This document shows positions 10,401 to 18,926 of a stretch of DNA of 64,000 nt, one piece after another. The notes below the pieces were generated by a model. It was not told the origin of the DNA, searched no databases, and was given only the letters and a program-made list of their open reading frames with translations. Origin of the DNA: an uncultured Clostridia bacterium (lineage in GTDB: Bacteria > Bacillota > Clostridia > Christensenellales > CAG-917); contig CALVTS010000005.1 of the NCBI GenBank assembly GCA_944363035.1, positions 12,016 to 76,015 on the forward strand. The letters are read 5' to 3'. The first letter of the stretch is position 1; each line of letters begins with the position of its first letter. Both the position numbers and the translations under genes were made by a program.

Positions 10401-10909
10401 ATCTGTACGAAAGCGACTCCTACGATTTTAACAGACCGACATTGCATGTCAACCCCTACACCCGTCTCGGGCTGGTCTCGGCGGAGACGGGCTCCGGCTA
10501 CGGCTATGACGGGCTGTACATCATCTCCAATGACGACTCCCTCATCACGATGGGGCAGAACGCGGTGCTCAACGGCTTTGTCTACACCCCGTACGGGCAT
10601 GCTTTCATTGCTCCGCCCGATACGCAAGGCAGCTTTACCGCGCTCAACGGCTGTATGGCGATAGAGAGTCTCATTATGCTTTCTACGGCTGACGAACAGC
10701 AGAAATCATTTCTTGAAACAATTGGGATCACGATCCCGAATTTCGGCACATCGGCAATAACCGATGCAGTCATAAATCAATATAAAAACATAGTTTTTAA
10801 CTATGTTCAGCCGCCGCTCATTGTCGACTTCAATTTCAGCTACGGCAACAATGAGGGCGAAGTCAGCGACTTCGGTCAGGTGGTCTGGGAGTTTTTGGGG
10901 TACTATTGA
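7442..10909 (+). CDS. Large pilin-like protein (PilX/PilK-type N-terminus), probable pilus tip adhesin
   Basis: Class III-like leader KRKRG|ASLVMVLV without Glu5; QQAYYTATS PilX-like motif; long beta-rich body (GDIY/GDLY/GDVY repeats); C-terminal LNGFVYTPYG module. Confidence 0.75.
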   Translation: MRLRHFAARKRKRGASLVMVLVSMTILTIMGTLFTTIAMRSYQYSYSRMCRQQAYYTATSSIESLYAKIKTNGGVLNDITAALNDAYKDLSGAALGIDVTTIRVKIGSTHGDPVTEERAVVGSDFFYTYLGECDLWARYNNAKRTEISLEAEATYNGYSETARAIIAKTNAAASELKKIFDNTFCLQSPISTIVAETTHGDIYVSQPIADTDSAAVQNLGSTYITAYNTVFAALSSANGTYNGHSGTPGQYLRDTNGNIITDENTNEGKYNQVLKSGVYGHAQASTSNASLVGHTKPLDMDNSLLTASFINQPTVEQLWYNDWAELYMFSAVDSGTAVNGDLYSNSKILIGLSDRNLSSRAYLRRWDNTIKRSVFAQQKEGAWFEGLVDDGQLDNYLQDIRFNNIDLRDDFEHGFGEEMDVFFDHHTANDVVLEYSLSTFRLNGDMYLWEDARIENFDSYNTANSSENDIYAKKDLYIDGLYITGWNGALMETTNTVSIGGDVVVQGNAQIMNATIYGDVYCYGDELTIVSSKIHGNVYFDGDNFTSDDMELGGEDHPRDGNLVINYTGENLNVTSYNNVSFTSTSDVGGSGSLNRWGATLTNSKIYGTLWSNVNTHIMASKWNEGSSSIPDIYNDIYVTGYLFIDLVQPYSSLNSLSDSYGNTPIRQDGFGSGYHAHWADYDPRDTEVSEGVAAWNCFESYKKDSVIYADRFQFRTNQGDPPLWSTSIDISYLGKLIVGDGGLYIDGNEWYKRDGNDPTTGWSWSEWRRDSICIVELITASDSPQLWETRIGNTEYIKGNTPERDNQLAGHVASGYSSLSAALEHQKTDALSDFSHSNAVEYETVAFDDNAVWDDKLINIRTWSAPKHSNDPGASASVNYVGGETGIEYTDASDVKVYLDYLSKNPAAGSVTGTQGAGDYTLTIKQSVCFSDRVDWSAFDKIVIDTSKGNVYIRFMDGVVLGKADAENYDDGAEVVLTGGSMVFWYLYESDSYDFNRPTLHVNPYTRLGLVSAETGSGYGYDGLYIISNDDSLITMGQNAVLNGFVYTPYGHAFIAPPDTQGSFTALNGCMAIESLIMLSTADEQQKSFLETIGITIPNFGTSAITDAVINQYKNIVFNYVQPPLIVDFNFSYGNNEGEVSDFGQVVWEFLGYY

Positions 10910-11310
10910 TGCTCGGACGGATGAGGCGAAAGAGCGCCCGGAGAGGGTTCACATTGGTGGAAGCCATCGTCAGCATCGCGGTGTTTGCCATTGCCGCGGT
11001 GATGTTCGCCATGATCCTTTTCACCGCCACCAATATGGTGAACATGTCCCTTGTCTACGACTCCGACCGTGTCGCTCTCATGCGTTTCATCGAGACGGGC
11101 GTTGCGGCGGACGGCACATACGGCAGCATAACCGTGACCGCGCACAACCACGAGAACGGCAACGAGGAGCAGTTCGTCATCGACCTTAATAAGGGCAGCC
11201 TTACTTATAATGTCGAGGGCGAGTATGTGGAATACAAGACCGAGGGTGGCAGGCGCTATGTCATCTTCCTTGCGGCTGAGGACAAGGACGAGAACGGGGG
11301 AGGCGCGTGA
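10909..11310 (+). CDS. Minor type IV pilin
   Basis: RRG|FTLVE prepilin motif; overlaps the adhesin stop codon. Confidence 0.85.
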   Translation: MLGRMRRKSARRGFTLVEAIVSIAVFAIAAVMFAMILFTATNMVNMSLVYDSDRVALMRFIETGVAADGTYGSITVTAHNHENGNEEQFVIDLNKGSLTYNVEGEYVEYKTEGGRRYVIFLAAEDKDENGGGA

Positions 11311-12116
11311 TGCTGTGGCGCAGGTTCAGACGGCATAAGCGCGCGTTCACGCTCGTTGAACTGCTTGTGGCGATGGTCATCATGAGCATCCTCGCCATTT
11401 CGGTGTTCCTCATCTCCTCGGCGGCGTCGAGGACGTTCATCCGCGGGGAGGAGACCATCGCGGCGGACGACGTCAAGGACATCGTGATGGAGTATATCGG
11501 CATCACCCTCCGCAGCGCGAAAAAGGTGTATCTGAGCAACGATCCCACCCTCGTGGGCGCCTCGGGCACGCCGCTCATCGCGGAGTGCAACATGCTCTTT
11601 GCAGGCAACGTCATCCCCGATGCGGACGGCAAGCCCGTGGGGGTAAGCGACGAATACCCGAGGGGCAGGATATACCCCCTCGGCAAACACAACGTCACCG
11701 TGAACGGCATCGCGCGCACCGAGACCGTCATCGGCGGCTATGTCTACCACATGGGCAGCAATGTGGATGGCGTGCTTTGTTGGGGCGCCCCCGCCCCTCT
11801 CTTCGGCGGCACTACGCTCGAGCCCGCGACGGGCGTCTATGGCGAATATCTCGTGGGCGGCTTGACATTCTCGCCAATCGTGCGTGAGGTGGGCAAGGAG
11901 AGCGGCAACAGCTACGCCGTCACGGTCAATTTCACGGTGTTCCGCGCGCGTGACGTTGCGGCGGACGGCGAGAGCTATACGGCGACTTTGGCGAGCGATG
12001 TCGTCACCTTCCTCAACCTCGAGCAGCGCAACAGCCCCATCAAGGTGGGCGCGGAGAGCGCGGACGGCGTTCTCAACGCGTCCGGCGGCACTTATAGCTA
12101 CATCTTCTATTCGTGA
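11307..12116 (+). CDS. Minor type IV pilin (PilW-like)
   Basis: KRA|FTLVELLVAM prepilin motif; GGGGAGG RBS. Confidence 0.85.
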   Translation: MMLWRRFRRHKRAFTLVELLVAMVIMSILAISVFLISSAASRTFIRGEETIAADDVKDIVMEYIGITLRSAKKVYLSNDPTLVGASGTPLIAECNMLFAGNVIPDADGKPVGVSDEYPRGRIYPLGKHNVTVNGIARTETVIGGYVYHMGSNVDGVLCWGAPAPLFGGTTLEPATGVYGEYLVGGLTFSPIVREVGKESGNSYAVTVNFTVFRARDVAADGESYTATLASDVVTFLNLEQRNSPIKVGAESADGVLNASGGTYSYIFYS

Positions 12117-12125
12117 GGGACGGGG

Positions 12126-12986
12126 ATGGCGGCGCTTGACATCACACTCTATGTCCTCAGCGCGCTCGCGGGGCTCTGCATCGGCAGCTTCCTCAACGTG
12201 TGCATCTATCGCCTCCCGCGCGGCAAGTTCTTCTCAAAGGCGCGCTCATTTTGCCCCAAATGCGGCGAGGCGATCAAGGCGTACGACAACATACCCCTGT
12301 TGAGTTATGTCATCCTGCGCGGCAAATGCCGAAGCTGCGGGGAGAGGATCTCCCCCCGCTATCCGCTCGTCGAGGCGATGACCTGCGCGCTCTTTGTGGG
12401 CAACTACGCGATGTTCGGCATGCACGGTCTCACCCTCGTGTGGGACGTCGCGGCGTGCGCGCTCATCACCGCCTCCTTCATCGACCTCGACACGATGGAG
12501 ATCCCGGACTCCGCCGTCCTCGTGCTACTGGCGCTGGGGCTCGTCACATTCGCGCCCTTCGGCGGCGTGAGCTATGTGGACAAACTCATCGGATGCGCGT
12601 GCGTGAGCGTGCCGATGTTCCTCCTCGCCATGTTCGGCGGCATGGGTCTCGGCGACGTCAAGCTCTATTTCGTCCTGGGTCTCCTGCTCGGGTGGCAGAA
12701 GGTGCTCATCGTGTTCGTCGTGTCGGTGGTGCTTGGCGCCGCGGTGTCCGTCATCGTCACGGCGGTGAAGAAGAGGAGGGGAGAGGAGGAGTTCGACCTT
12801 TCGGAGGAGGAATACAGGCGCCTGCCGCGAGGAGCGGTGTGCGCGGAGGGCGAGACGCCGCTTCCTCCGAAGAAGATGCGCTTCCACGTCGTGCCATTCG
12901 GACCCTTCATCACGCTCGCGACAGTTGTAGCGATATTCGGCGGTGATGCGCTTGTCGCTTTTTATGCGGGTTTACTCGGCATATGA
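12126..12986 (+). CDS. pilD: Prepilin peptidase
   Basis: GSFLNVCIYRLP, CPKC and CRSC zinc motifs, IDL..MEIPD, GMGLGDVKL, PFGPF. Confidence 0.95.
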   Translation: MAALDITLYVLSALAGLCIGSFLNVCIYRLPRGKFFSKARSFCPKCGEAIKAYDNIPLLSYVILRGKCRSCGERISPRYPLVEAMTCALFVGNYAMFGMHGLTLVWDVAACALITASFIDLDTMEIPDSAVLVLLALGLVTFAPFGGVSYVDKLIGCACVSVPMFLLAMFGGMGLGDVKLYFVLGLLLGWQKVLIVFVVSVVLGAAVSVIVTAVKKRRGEEEFDLSEEEYRRLPRGAVCAEGETPLPPKKMRFHVVPFGPFITLATVVAIFGGDALVAFYAGLLGI

Positions 12987-13042
12987 TGACACGAAAACCT
13001 CAAAAAAACCGCTTAAAAAGACGCTTTTGAGGAAAACCTGTA

Positions 13043-13071
13043 TTGACACGGAATGTAAATCATAGTAAAAT
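13043..13071 (+). promoter_or_regulatory. Sigma-A promoter of pilB
   Basis: TTGACA-17 nt-TAAAAT, followed by GGGAGGT RBS. Confidence 0.75.
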
Positions 13072-13092
13072 CATTGTAGGGGAGGTAATCGC

Positions 13093-14781
13093 TTGGACAA
13101 CCATTTGATTTGGGAAGTTCTGCTTTCAAACGGCACCATAACCCATGACCAGTTGAGCGATGCTCTGCGCTGGCAGCGCAGCCACCCCGACGAGGACGTC
13201 GGCAGCATTTTGCTTGCCCGCGGCATCGTCACCGACGGACAGCTCCTCGCCGCCTATGCGCAGCGCCTGGACGTCCCCTTCATCGAAAAAGACCTTGTCG
13301 TCAAGCGCCCCGAGGTGCTGAAACTCGTGCCCGAGACGCTTGCGAGAAGATACGGCATCATGCCGCTGGACATTAACAACAACAAGATCCTCGTCGCCAT
13401 CTCCGACCCGGAGGACATGAGCGTCATCGAGGACGTCAAGCTGAGCTCGCGTATGGATGCGTCCATCGCCCTCGCTTCGGCGGAGAACATCCTGAGCGCC
13501 ATCGAGCGCTACTACCGCAATGCGGAGCTGTTCTACCGCGAGGAGCAGGAGGAGGTGCAGACGGTCAACTTCGTCTCCGACGACACGGCGAAGAAAATGG
13601 ACGAGATCGAGTCCAGCGTCAACAACACCCCCGTTGTCAAGCTGGTCAACAACCTCGTGCAGCAGGCGTACATCCGCCAGGCGTCGGACATCCACATCGA
13701 ACCGTTCGAGAACGATGTCATCGTCCGTATGCGTATAGACGGCGACCTCATCGAGGTCATGCGCCTCGCCCCCGCGACTCTCGCCAGCGTCATCTCCCGC
13801 ATCAAGATCCTCTCCGGCATGAACATCGCCGAGAAGCGCATCCCGCAGGACGGCAGGTTCAACTATACCAACGACGAGTTCAAGGTGGACCTGCGTGTCT
13901 CCACCATCCCCACCATGTACGGCGAGAAGTGCGTCATGCGTCTGCTCAACACGGGAGGGGAGAACCTGCTCAGCTTCGAGCAGCTCGGGATGTCGCGTGA
14001 GACCATCGCGCGCTTCGACCATATGCTCTCGGCGCCCAACGGCATCATCCTCGTGACGGGCCCCACCGGTTCGGGTAAGTCCACGACGCTGTATGCGGTG
14101 CTCAACAAGCTGCGCAAGCCCACCATCAACATCACGACCATCGAGGACCCGGTCGAGAAGCAGATGTTCGGCATCAACCAGGTGCAGGTCAACACCAAGG
14201 CGGGCATGACCTTCGCAAGCGGTCTCCGCGCCCTCCTGCGCCAGGACCCCGACGTCATCATGATCGGCGAGATCCGCGACTACGAGACGGCGGAGATAGC
14301 CGTCCGCGCGTCCATCACCGGTCACCTGGTGCTCTCCACCTTGCACACCAACGACGCGCCGAGCAGCATCGTGCGTCTCATCGACATGGGCGTCCCGCCG
14401 TATCTTGTCGCCGCGTCCGTCAACGCCATCATCGCGCAGAGACTGGTCAAACGCCTTTGCCCCTATTGCAAACGCAAGCGCGTCGTCTCCGATGCGGAAA
14501 AGGCGCTCCTCGACGACTACGGCATCAAAGAGGCGTACGAGCCCGTCGGCTGTCCGGAGTGCAACCATGTGGGGTACAGCGGCCGTATCGCGATATACGA
14601 GATCGTGGAGATGGACCACCGCATCCGCAAGCTCATCTCGGCGGAGACCCCCATCGACGACATCCGCAAAGTCGCGGCGGAGAACGGCGCCGAATTCCTC
14701 GCCGACAGCCTCCGCGAGCTCGTAAGGAAAGGGATAACAAGTTTGGACGAGTTTAATCGTATTATTTATACGGTTGGCTAA
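13093..14781 (+). CDS. pilB: Type IV pilus assembly ATPase (GspE/PilB family)
   Basis: N-terminal MshEN-like region, ASDIHIEP, Walker A GPTGSGKST, LRQDPDVIMIGEIRD, CPYC/CPEC zinc site. Confidence 0.95.
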   Translation: MDNHLIWEVLLSNGTITHDQLSDALRWQRSHPDEDVGSILLARGIVTDGQLLAAYAQRLDVPFIEKDLVVKRPEVLKLVPETLARRYGIMPLDINNNKILVAISDPEDMSVIEDVKLSSRMDASIALASAENILSAIERYYRNAELFYREEQEEVQTVNFVSDDTAKKMDEIESSVNNTPVVKLVNNLVQQAYIRQASDIHIEPFENDVIVRMRIDGDLIEVMRLAPATLASVISRIKILSGMNIAEKRIPQDGRFNYTNDEFKVDLRVSTIPTMYGEKCVMRLLNTGGENLLSFEQLGMSRETIARFDHMLSAPNGIILVTGPTGSGKSTTLYAVLNKLRKPTINITTIEDPVEKQMFGINQVQVNTKAGMTFASGLRALLRQDPDVIMIGEIRDYETAEIAVRASITGHLVLSTLHTNDAPSSIVRLIDMGVPPYLVAASVNAIIAQRLVKRLCPYCKRKRVVSDAEKALLDDYGIKEAYEPVGCPECNHVGYSGRIAIYEIVEMDHRIRKLISAETPIDDIRKVAAENGAEFLADSLRELVRKGITSLDEFNRIIYTVG

Positions 14782-14972
14782 GTCCGAGTACATTAAAACA
14801 GGATCGGAGACGGAACCACGCGCCGCTCACTCCGAACGAGCCTCTCGTGTGCAAAGTCTCTATGTGAATACAAACAAGGGCTTTATTGCATAAAAACAAC
14901 ATATAAAACAGGTGAAATGCGTAAGACCTACGCTTTCATACAGTATAAAACTCATAGAATGGAGGAAAGATT

Positions 14973-15485
14973 ATGAGCAAACTTTTTAGGAAAAGCAGGA
15001 AGGGCTTCACGCTCGTCGAGCTGATCGTCGTCATCGCCATCATCGGCGTGCTGGCTGCGATCATCGTCCCCACCACGCTCCACTTCGTCAACGAGGCGAG
15101 AGAAGAGGCGGCGGCGCAGGAAGCGTCCGGTCTGTTCAATGCGCTTGACGGTTCTCTTACCCTTGCCCTTGCCGAAAATCAGTTGATCGACGGTGATAAG
15201 GTCGTGGAAATGCTGACTGAAAATGCAATGACCAACCTTGACAATACCGTCACAATCAAATTTGAGGTGTCTGAATCTGACATAGTTATGACCGTTGCTT
15301 CGGATGGCGATGGTGATACTCCCGATTTGACCAAGACCTATCCCGGTGCTGCCGGTCAATTCGTTGTCGACGCTGATGTAGAAGCGCCAGGCACTCCTGT
15401 TGCCATCACCGAAAGCATGGTCATAACCGTTAGCAATACTGCAACAGTGACTAATACCGGTGCCGCTCCCACTCCTGAACCGTAA
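14973..15485 (+). CDS. Type IV pilin, probable major pilin
   Basis: KG|FTLVELIVVIAIIGVLAAI; strong GGAGGAAAG RBS; terminator hairpin downstream. Confidence 0.9.
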   Translation: MSKLFRKSRKGFTLVELIVVIAIIGVLAAIIVPTTLHFVNEAREEAAAQEASGLFNALDGSLTLALAENQLIDGDKVVEMLTENAMTNLDNTVTIKFEVSESDIVMTVASDGDGDTPDLTKTYPGAAGQFVVDADVEAPGTPVAITESMVITVSNTATVTNTGAAPTPEP

Positions 15486-15535
15486 ACATACTCCGCTATA
15501 GCGAAAAAAGTTTAGTATGCACACAAGTTCGTTCT

Positions 15536-15564
15536 CAAACACAACCCGCATCGGGTTGTGTTTG
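15536..15564 (+). terminator. Stem-loop after the first pilin
   Basis: caaacacaacccg-cat-cgggttgtgtttg, a perfect 13-bp stem. Confidence 0.7.
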
Positions 15565-15588
15565 GGGCGTTGTGAAAGGGGAAGAGAA

Positions 15589-16059
15589 GTGAGAGCAAAA
15601 TTGAGAGAGACCCGCCGCGGGTTCACCCTTGTGGAGCTCATCGTGGTCATCGCCATCATCGGTGTGCTTGCCGCCATCGTCGTGCCCACCACTTTGCATT
15701 TCGTGGATGAAGCAAAGGTGCAGGCGGCGGAGGCGGAGGTCAATGCTGTCATCAGCACATTGCAGACCAACATCCTGACATTGGCAAATGGCGTCGGGTC
15801 GGATGGCGTCGTCACCGTGAACGGCACGGCGGCGACAGAGATCCTCAACAATTATTGCAAGGATGTCTCCGAGGGCATGAAGGCGGTGCTTTCGGTCGAG
15901 GCTGACGGCAAAACGGTCACGTTCACCGTCACCTCTCCGGAGGACGCGGACGGCACTCCCATCGCGGACAGCCGCTCCTTCACTCTCCCCAACGCCTTCA
16001 GAGCCACCCCCTTCACCGTCACTCACAACGGCACCCAATGGGTCGTAGTGAACGCGTGA
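15589..16059 (+). CDS. Type IV pilin (second paralogue)
   Basis: GTG start after AAAGGGG; RG|FTLVELIVVIAIIGVLAAIVVPTTLHF. Confidence 0.88.
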   Translation: MRAKLRETRRGFTLVELIVVIAIIGVLAAIVVPTTLHFVDEAKVQAAEAEVNAVISTLQTNILTLANGVGSDGVVTVNGTAATEILNNYCKDVSEGMKAVLSVEADGKTVTFTVTSPEDADGTPIADSRSFTLPNAFRATPFTVTHNGTQWVVVNA

Positions 16060-16177
16060 CCCGCAAACAAAGCGGAACGCAGCCCCCACCCGCCCCAATT
16101 GGAGCGCATAGAAATCAATGGGGGTGGGGTCAAGCCGGGGTCCCCATTTGTTTCGGAGTTGCACCAATAGGAGCGCC

Positions 16178-16726
16178 ATGACCATCCGCAAGACGACATC
16201 CCATCACGGAAAAAAGGGCTTCACCCTCGTGGAGCTCCTCGTCGTCATTGCCATAATGGCGATCCTCGCCGGCATCGTCGTCCCCACCACCATCCATTTC
16301 ATCGACGACGCGCAGCAAGCCGCCAACACCGTCTACGCCGAGGACGTCGCCTCATGGGCGGTCTCCATCGTCCTGGACATCCGCTCCGGCGGGCATGAGA
16401 TAGACATAAACCCCGACGGTTCCACCACCGGCCCGACGGACGGCAACATCCAGATCGTCACCCCCACAGCCGAAACGGTCTGCAACGAGCTCATCCGCCT
16501 CTACGGCGACGATATGCCTTATCCTTTCGCCTACTACGCGAGTATGAACGGCACGGAACCCGGCTCCATCACGTTCCCGAGCCTTGGAGAGGGCGCGACG
16601 CCGCCTTCCGATTATATCGCCATCGCAGTCACGGGCACCAACGCAAACTCGCCCTCCACCATCACGGTCAAAGTCTTCGAGGGCGGCACCGAAGCCCAAA
16701 GCGCCACGCGGCTTATACCGGGATGA
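16178..16726 (+). CDS. Type IV pilin (third paralogue)
   Basis: ATG after AGGAG; KG|FTLVELLVVIAIMAILAGIVVPTTIHF. Confidence 0.88.
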   Translation: MTIRKTTSHHGKKGFTLVELLVVIAIMAILAGIVVPTTIHFIDDAQQAANTVYAEDVASWAVSIVLDIRSGGHEIDINPDGSTTGPTDGNIQIVTPTAETVCNELIRLYGDDMPYPFAYYASMNGTEPGSITFPSLGEGATPPSDYIAIAVTGTNANSPSTITVKVFEGGTEAQSATRLIPG

Positions 16727-16791
16727 GCCTCGTCGCGCCTTGTGCCCCTGTGCTAAAATAAATCAAAAGATATCACAGAGGTCGCGAAGGA

Positions 16792-17616
16792 ATGAAAAAT
16801 AAGGAATTACGGTGCTTGATCAGGCGATACACATCAATAAGGACGATTATTTTTCATTGACAGACATAGCGAGATATAAAAATCAGGATGAACCTCGGTT
16901 TGTGATCCAAAACTGGATGCGCAGGATCGACACGATACAGTATTTGGGGCTGTGGGAGCAGTTGAACAATCCGAGTTTTAACCGTGTCGAATTCGATACG
17001 TTTAGAAGCGAAGCCGGGCACAATTATTTTACCATGACGCCTAAAAAATGGATAGAAGGTGTCAACGCGATAGGCATTGTTTCAAAAGCGGGTAAATATA
17101 ACAGCGGCACTTATGCTCACAAAGATATCGCTCTTCAATTCGCTTCATAGATCTCGCCGAAGATCAATCTTTATATAATCAAGGAATTCCAGCGGCTGAA
17201 AGCGGAAGAGCAGAAGCAACTTGATTGGTCCGTCAAACGCGAGCTTGCAAAAATCAATTATCGGATACATACGGACGCGATCAAGGACAGCATCATAATT
17301 CCCGCTTGAAATATCCAAAGAGCAGGCTACATTCGTTTATGCGAGTGAAGCCGATGTGCTCAATGTGGCATTGTTCGGGATGACGGCAAAGGAGTGGCGC
17401 GACAAAAATCCCGACAAGAAAGGGAATATCCGCGACTACGCCGAAGTGTCGCAGCTCATTTGCCTTTCCAACCTTGAAAATCTCAACGCTTATCTGATCG
17501 AACGAGAGATAAGTCAATCGGAAAGGCTCGTGGAATTGAACAGAGCGGCGATCCGCCAAATGAAAGTCTTGGCGGAAGAAAGGTCGAGGTTGCTTGACGG
17601 CAACGGTGAAAATTGA
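16792..17616 (+). pseudogene. KilA-N domain protein pseudogene
   Basis: DDYFSLTDIAR..IQNWMR..YLGLWE..GTYAHKDIA.QFAS(W)ISP..YASEADVLNVALFGMTAKEWR family signature. Broken by a frameshift just after the ATG, by TAG at 17148-17150 where Trp is expected, and by a second frameshift near 17310. Confidence 0.85.
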
Positions 17617-17624
17617 GGTTTGCG

Positions 17625-17816
17625 ATGAAGTTTTCCGAGAAAGTGAAATATGCAAGGATGAAATTGTTGTTGACACAAGAAGTGCTTGCGAAAGAACTTG
17701 GCGTTTCGTATGCGACGATATGCCGCTGGGAAAGAGATAACCGCGAGCCGCAAATCGTCTCGCAAGGCAAGTTCTATGCTTTTTGCGAGAGCAAGGGGAT
17801 CAAATTTGAAGAGTGA
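17625..17816 (+). CDS. Small XRE-family HTH regulator
   Basis: LTQEVLAKELGVSYATICRWE helix-turn-helix; GAGG RBS. Confidence 0.85.
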   Translation: MKFSEKVKYARMKLLLTQEVLAKELGVSYATICRWERDNREPQIVSQGKFYAFCESKGIKFEE

Positions 17817-17838
17817 GTGTAGGCGAGGAGGGCAGATC

Positions 17839-18831
17839 ATGAGTGAAAGAGAATATTGTCCGATATGCAAAAAGGAACACGAGGTCGTCTATCTAACCAA
17901 TGTGCGAGGGGCGATTTATAAATGCTCAAACGGCAAGCATTATGGTATCAGTGAAACGGTGCTGTATGCCGACAATGATGTAGAGAAAGAGCGCAGATTG
18001 AATGTGATCTACAACTTCATTGAGCGTAAGCCGTTTTGCGTAAAAGGTGCTTACAATCATTATTGGGTGTTTTATTATGACGAAAATGTGATGTCGCAAG
18101 TGGACGAGGAGTATGTTAATGTATTTCCTTTGATGCAGGATTATCCGAAAGATGTTGCGGTGAGAATGGATCGAATATTGTTGAATCTGGCAGATGATCA
18201 TCCAATGCTGTCCGAAACTTTTACGCAACCAAGTTATGAAAGGAATTTTAGAAGATTATATTGCGAAAGCAAAGATATTCCAGCCGAAATAATAAATATT
18301 TTTACGATGTTAAGCGATATGGGATACATAAAGGCAATCGTTCCAGTAATGTCATTTGATGATGAAGGGGCCGGATACGGCATAACGGCAAAAGGCTGGG
18401 AAAGGATTGCCCAGTTAAGACAAACAAACGAAGAGGTAGATCAAGGATTTATTGCGATGTCGTTTGCTCAGGAAACAAATAATATAAAAGATTGTTTTAT
18501 GAAAGCGATCAGCGATGCCGGATATAAACCGATGAATATAAATGCAAAAGAACACAACAATTATATAATGCCCGAGATCTTTTATGAAATAAAGCGGAGT
18601 AAGTTTGTGGTTGCGGATGCTACTTTCCCAAATTGTGGGGCATATTACGAAGCCGGTTATGCGTTAGCGCTGGGGAAGGAAGTAATCTTTTGCTGTGAAG
18701 AAAAGACTTTTAACGATCCTGATAAGAAACCTCATTTTGATGTTGTCCAAAAATCAATGATCATTTGGAAAGACGAAGCTGACTTGATCACGCGACTTAA
18801 AAATCGAATCACGGCAACGGTGAATCAGTAA
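17839..18831 (+). CDS. Zn-ribbon / wHTH / nucleoside-2-deoxyribosyltransferase-like (TIR-like fold) protein, putative defence effector
   Basis: ATG after GAGGAGG. CPIC..C N-terminus; ITAKGW wHTH end; C-terminal FIAMSF..EHN..I..EI..SKFVVAD.T..N.GAYYEAGYA.ALGK.VI. AT-rich. Confidence 0.7.
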   Translation: MSEREYCPICKKEHEVVYLTNVRGAIYKCSNGKHYGISETVLYADNDVEKERRLNVIYNFIERKPFCVKGAYNHYWVFYYDENVMSQVDEEYVNVFPLMQDYPKDVAVRMDRILLNLADDHPMLSETFTQPSYERNFRRLYCESKDIPAEIINIFTMLSDMGYIKAIVPVMSFDDEGAGYGITAKGWERIAQLRQTNEEVDQGFIAMSFAQETNNIKDCFMKAISDAGYKPMNINAKEHNNYIMPEIFYEIKRSKFVVADATFPNCGAYYEAGYALALGKEVIFCCEEKTFNDPDKKPHFDVVQKSMIIWKDEADLITRLKNRITATVNQ

Positions 18832-18926
18832 GTTGAATCTTTTATTCGATGATAGAATCGAGGTGGTTTGACTGTCGTTGCACCTCATTGCAGATGATAA
18901 GAAAGTGCGAAAATGTCACGCGGGAC

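Noticed and set aside
14782-14972. c-di-GMP riboswitch upstream of the major pilin
   Set aside because: Expected by analogy with clostridial pilA loci, but I could not match class I or class II consensus motifs by eye.
7442-16726. DGR or shufflon acting on the adhesin or pilins
   Set aside because: No reverse transcriptase, template/variable repeat pair, invertase or inverted recombination sites were seen.
17148-17150. Amber read-through or pyrrolysine in the KilA-N gene
   Set aside because: TAG is one step from the expected TGG, and the gene also has two frameshifts, so pseudogenisation is the simpler explanation.
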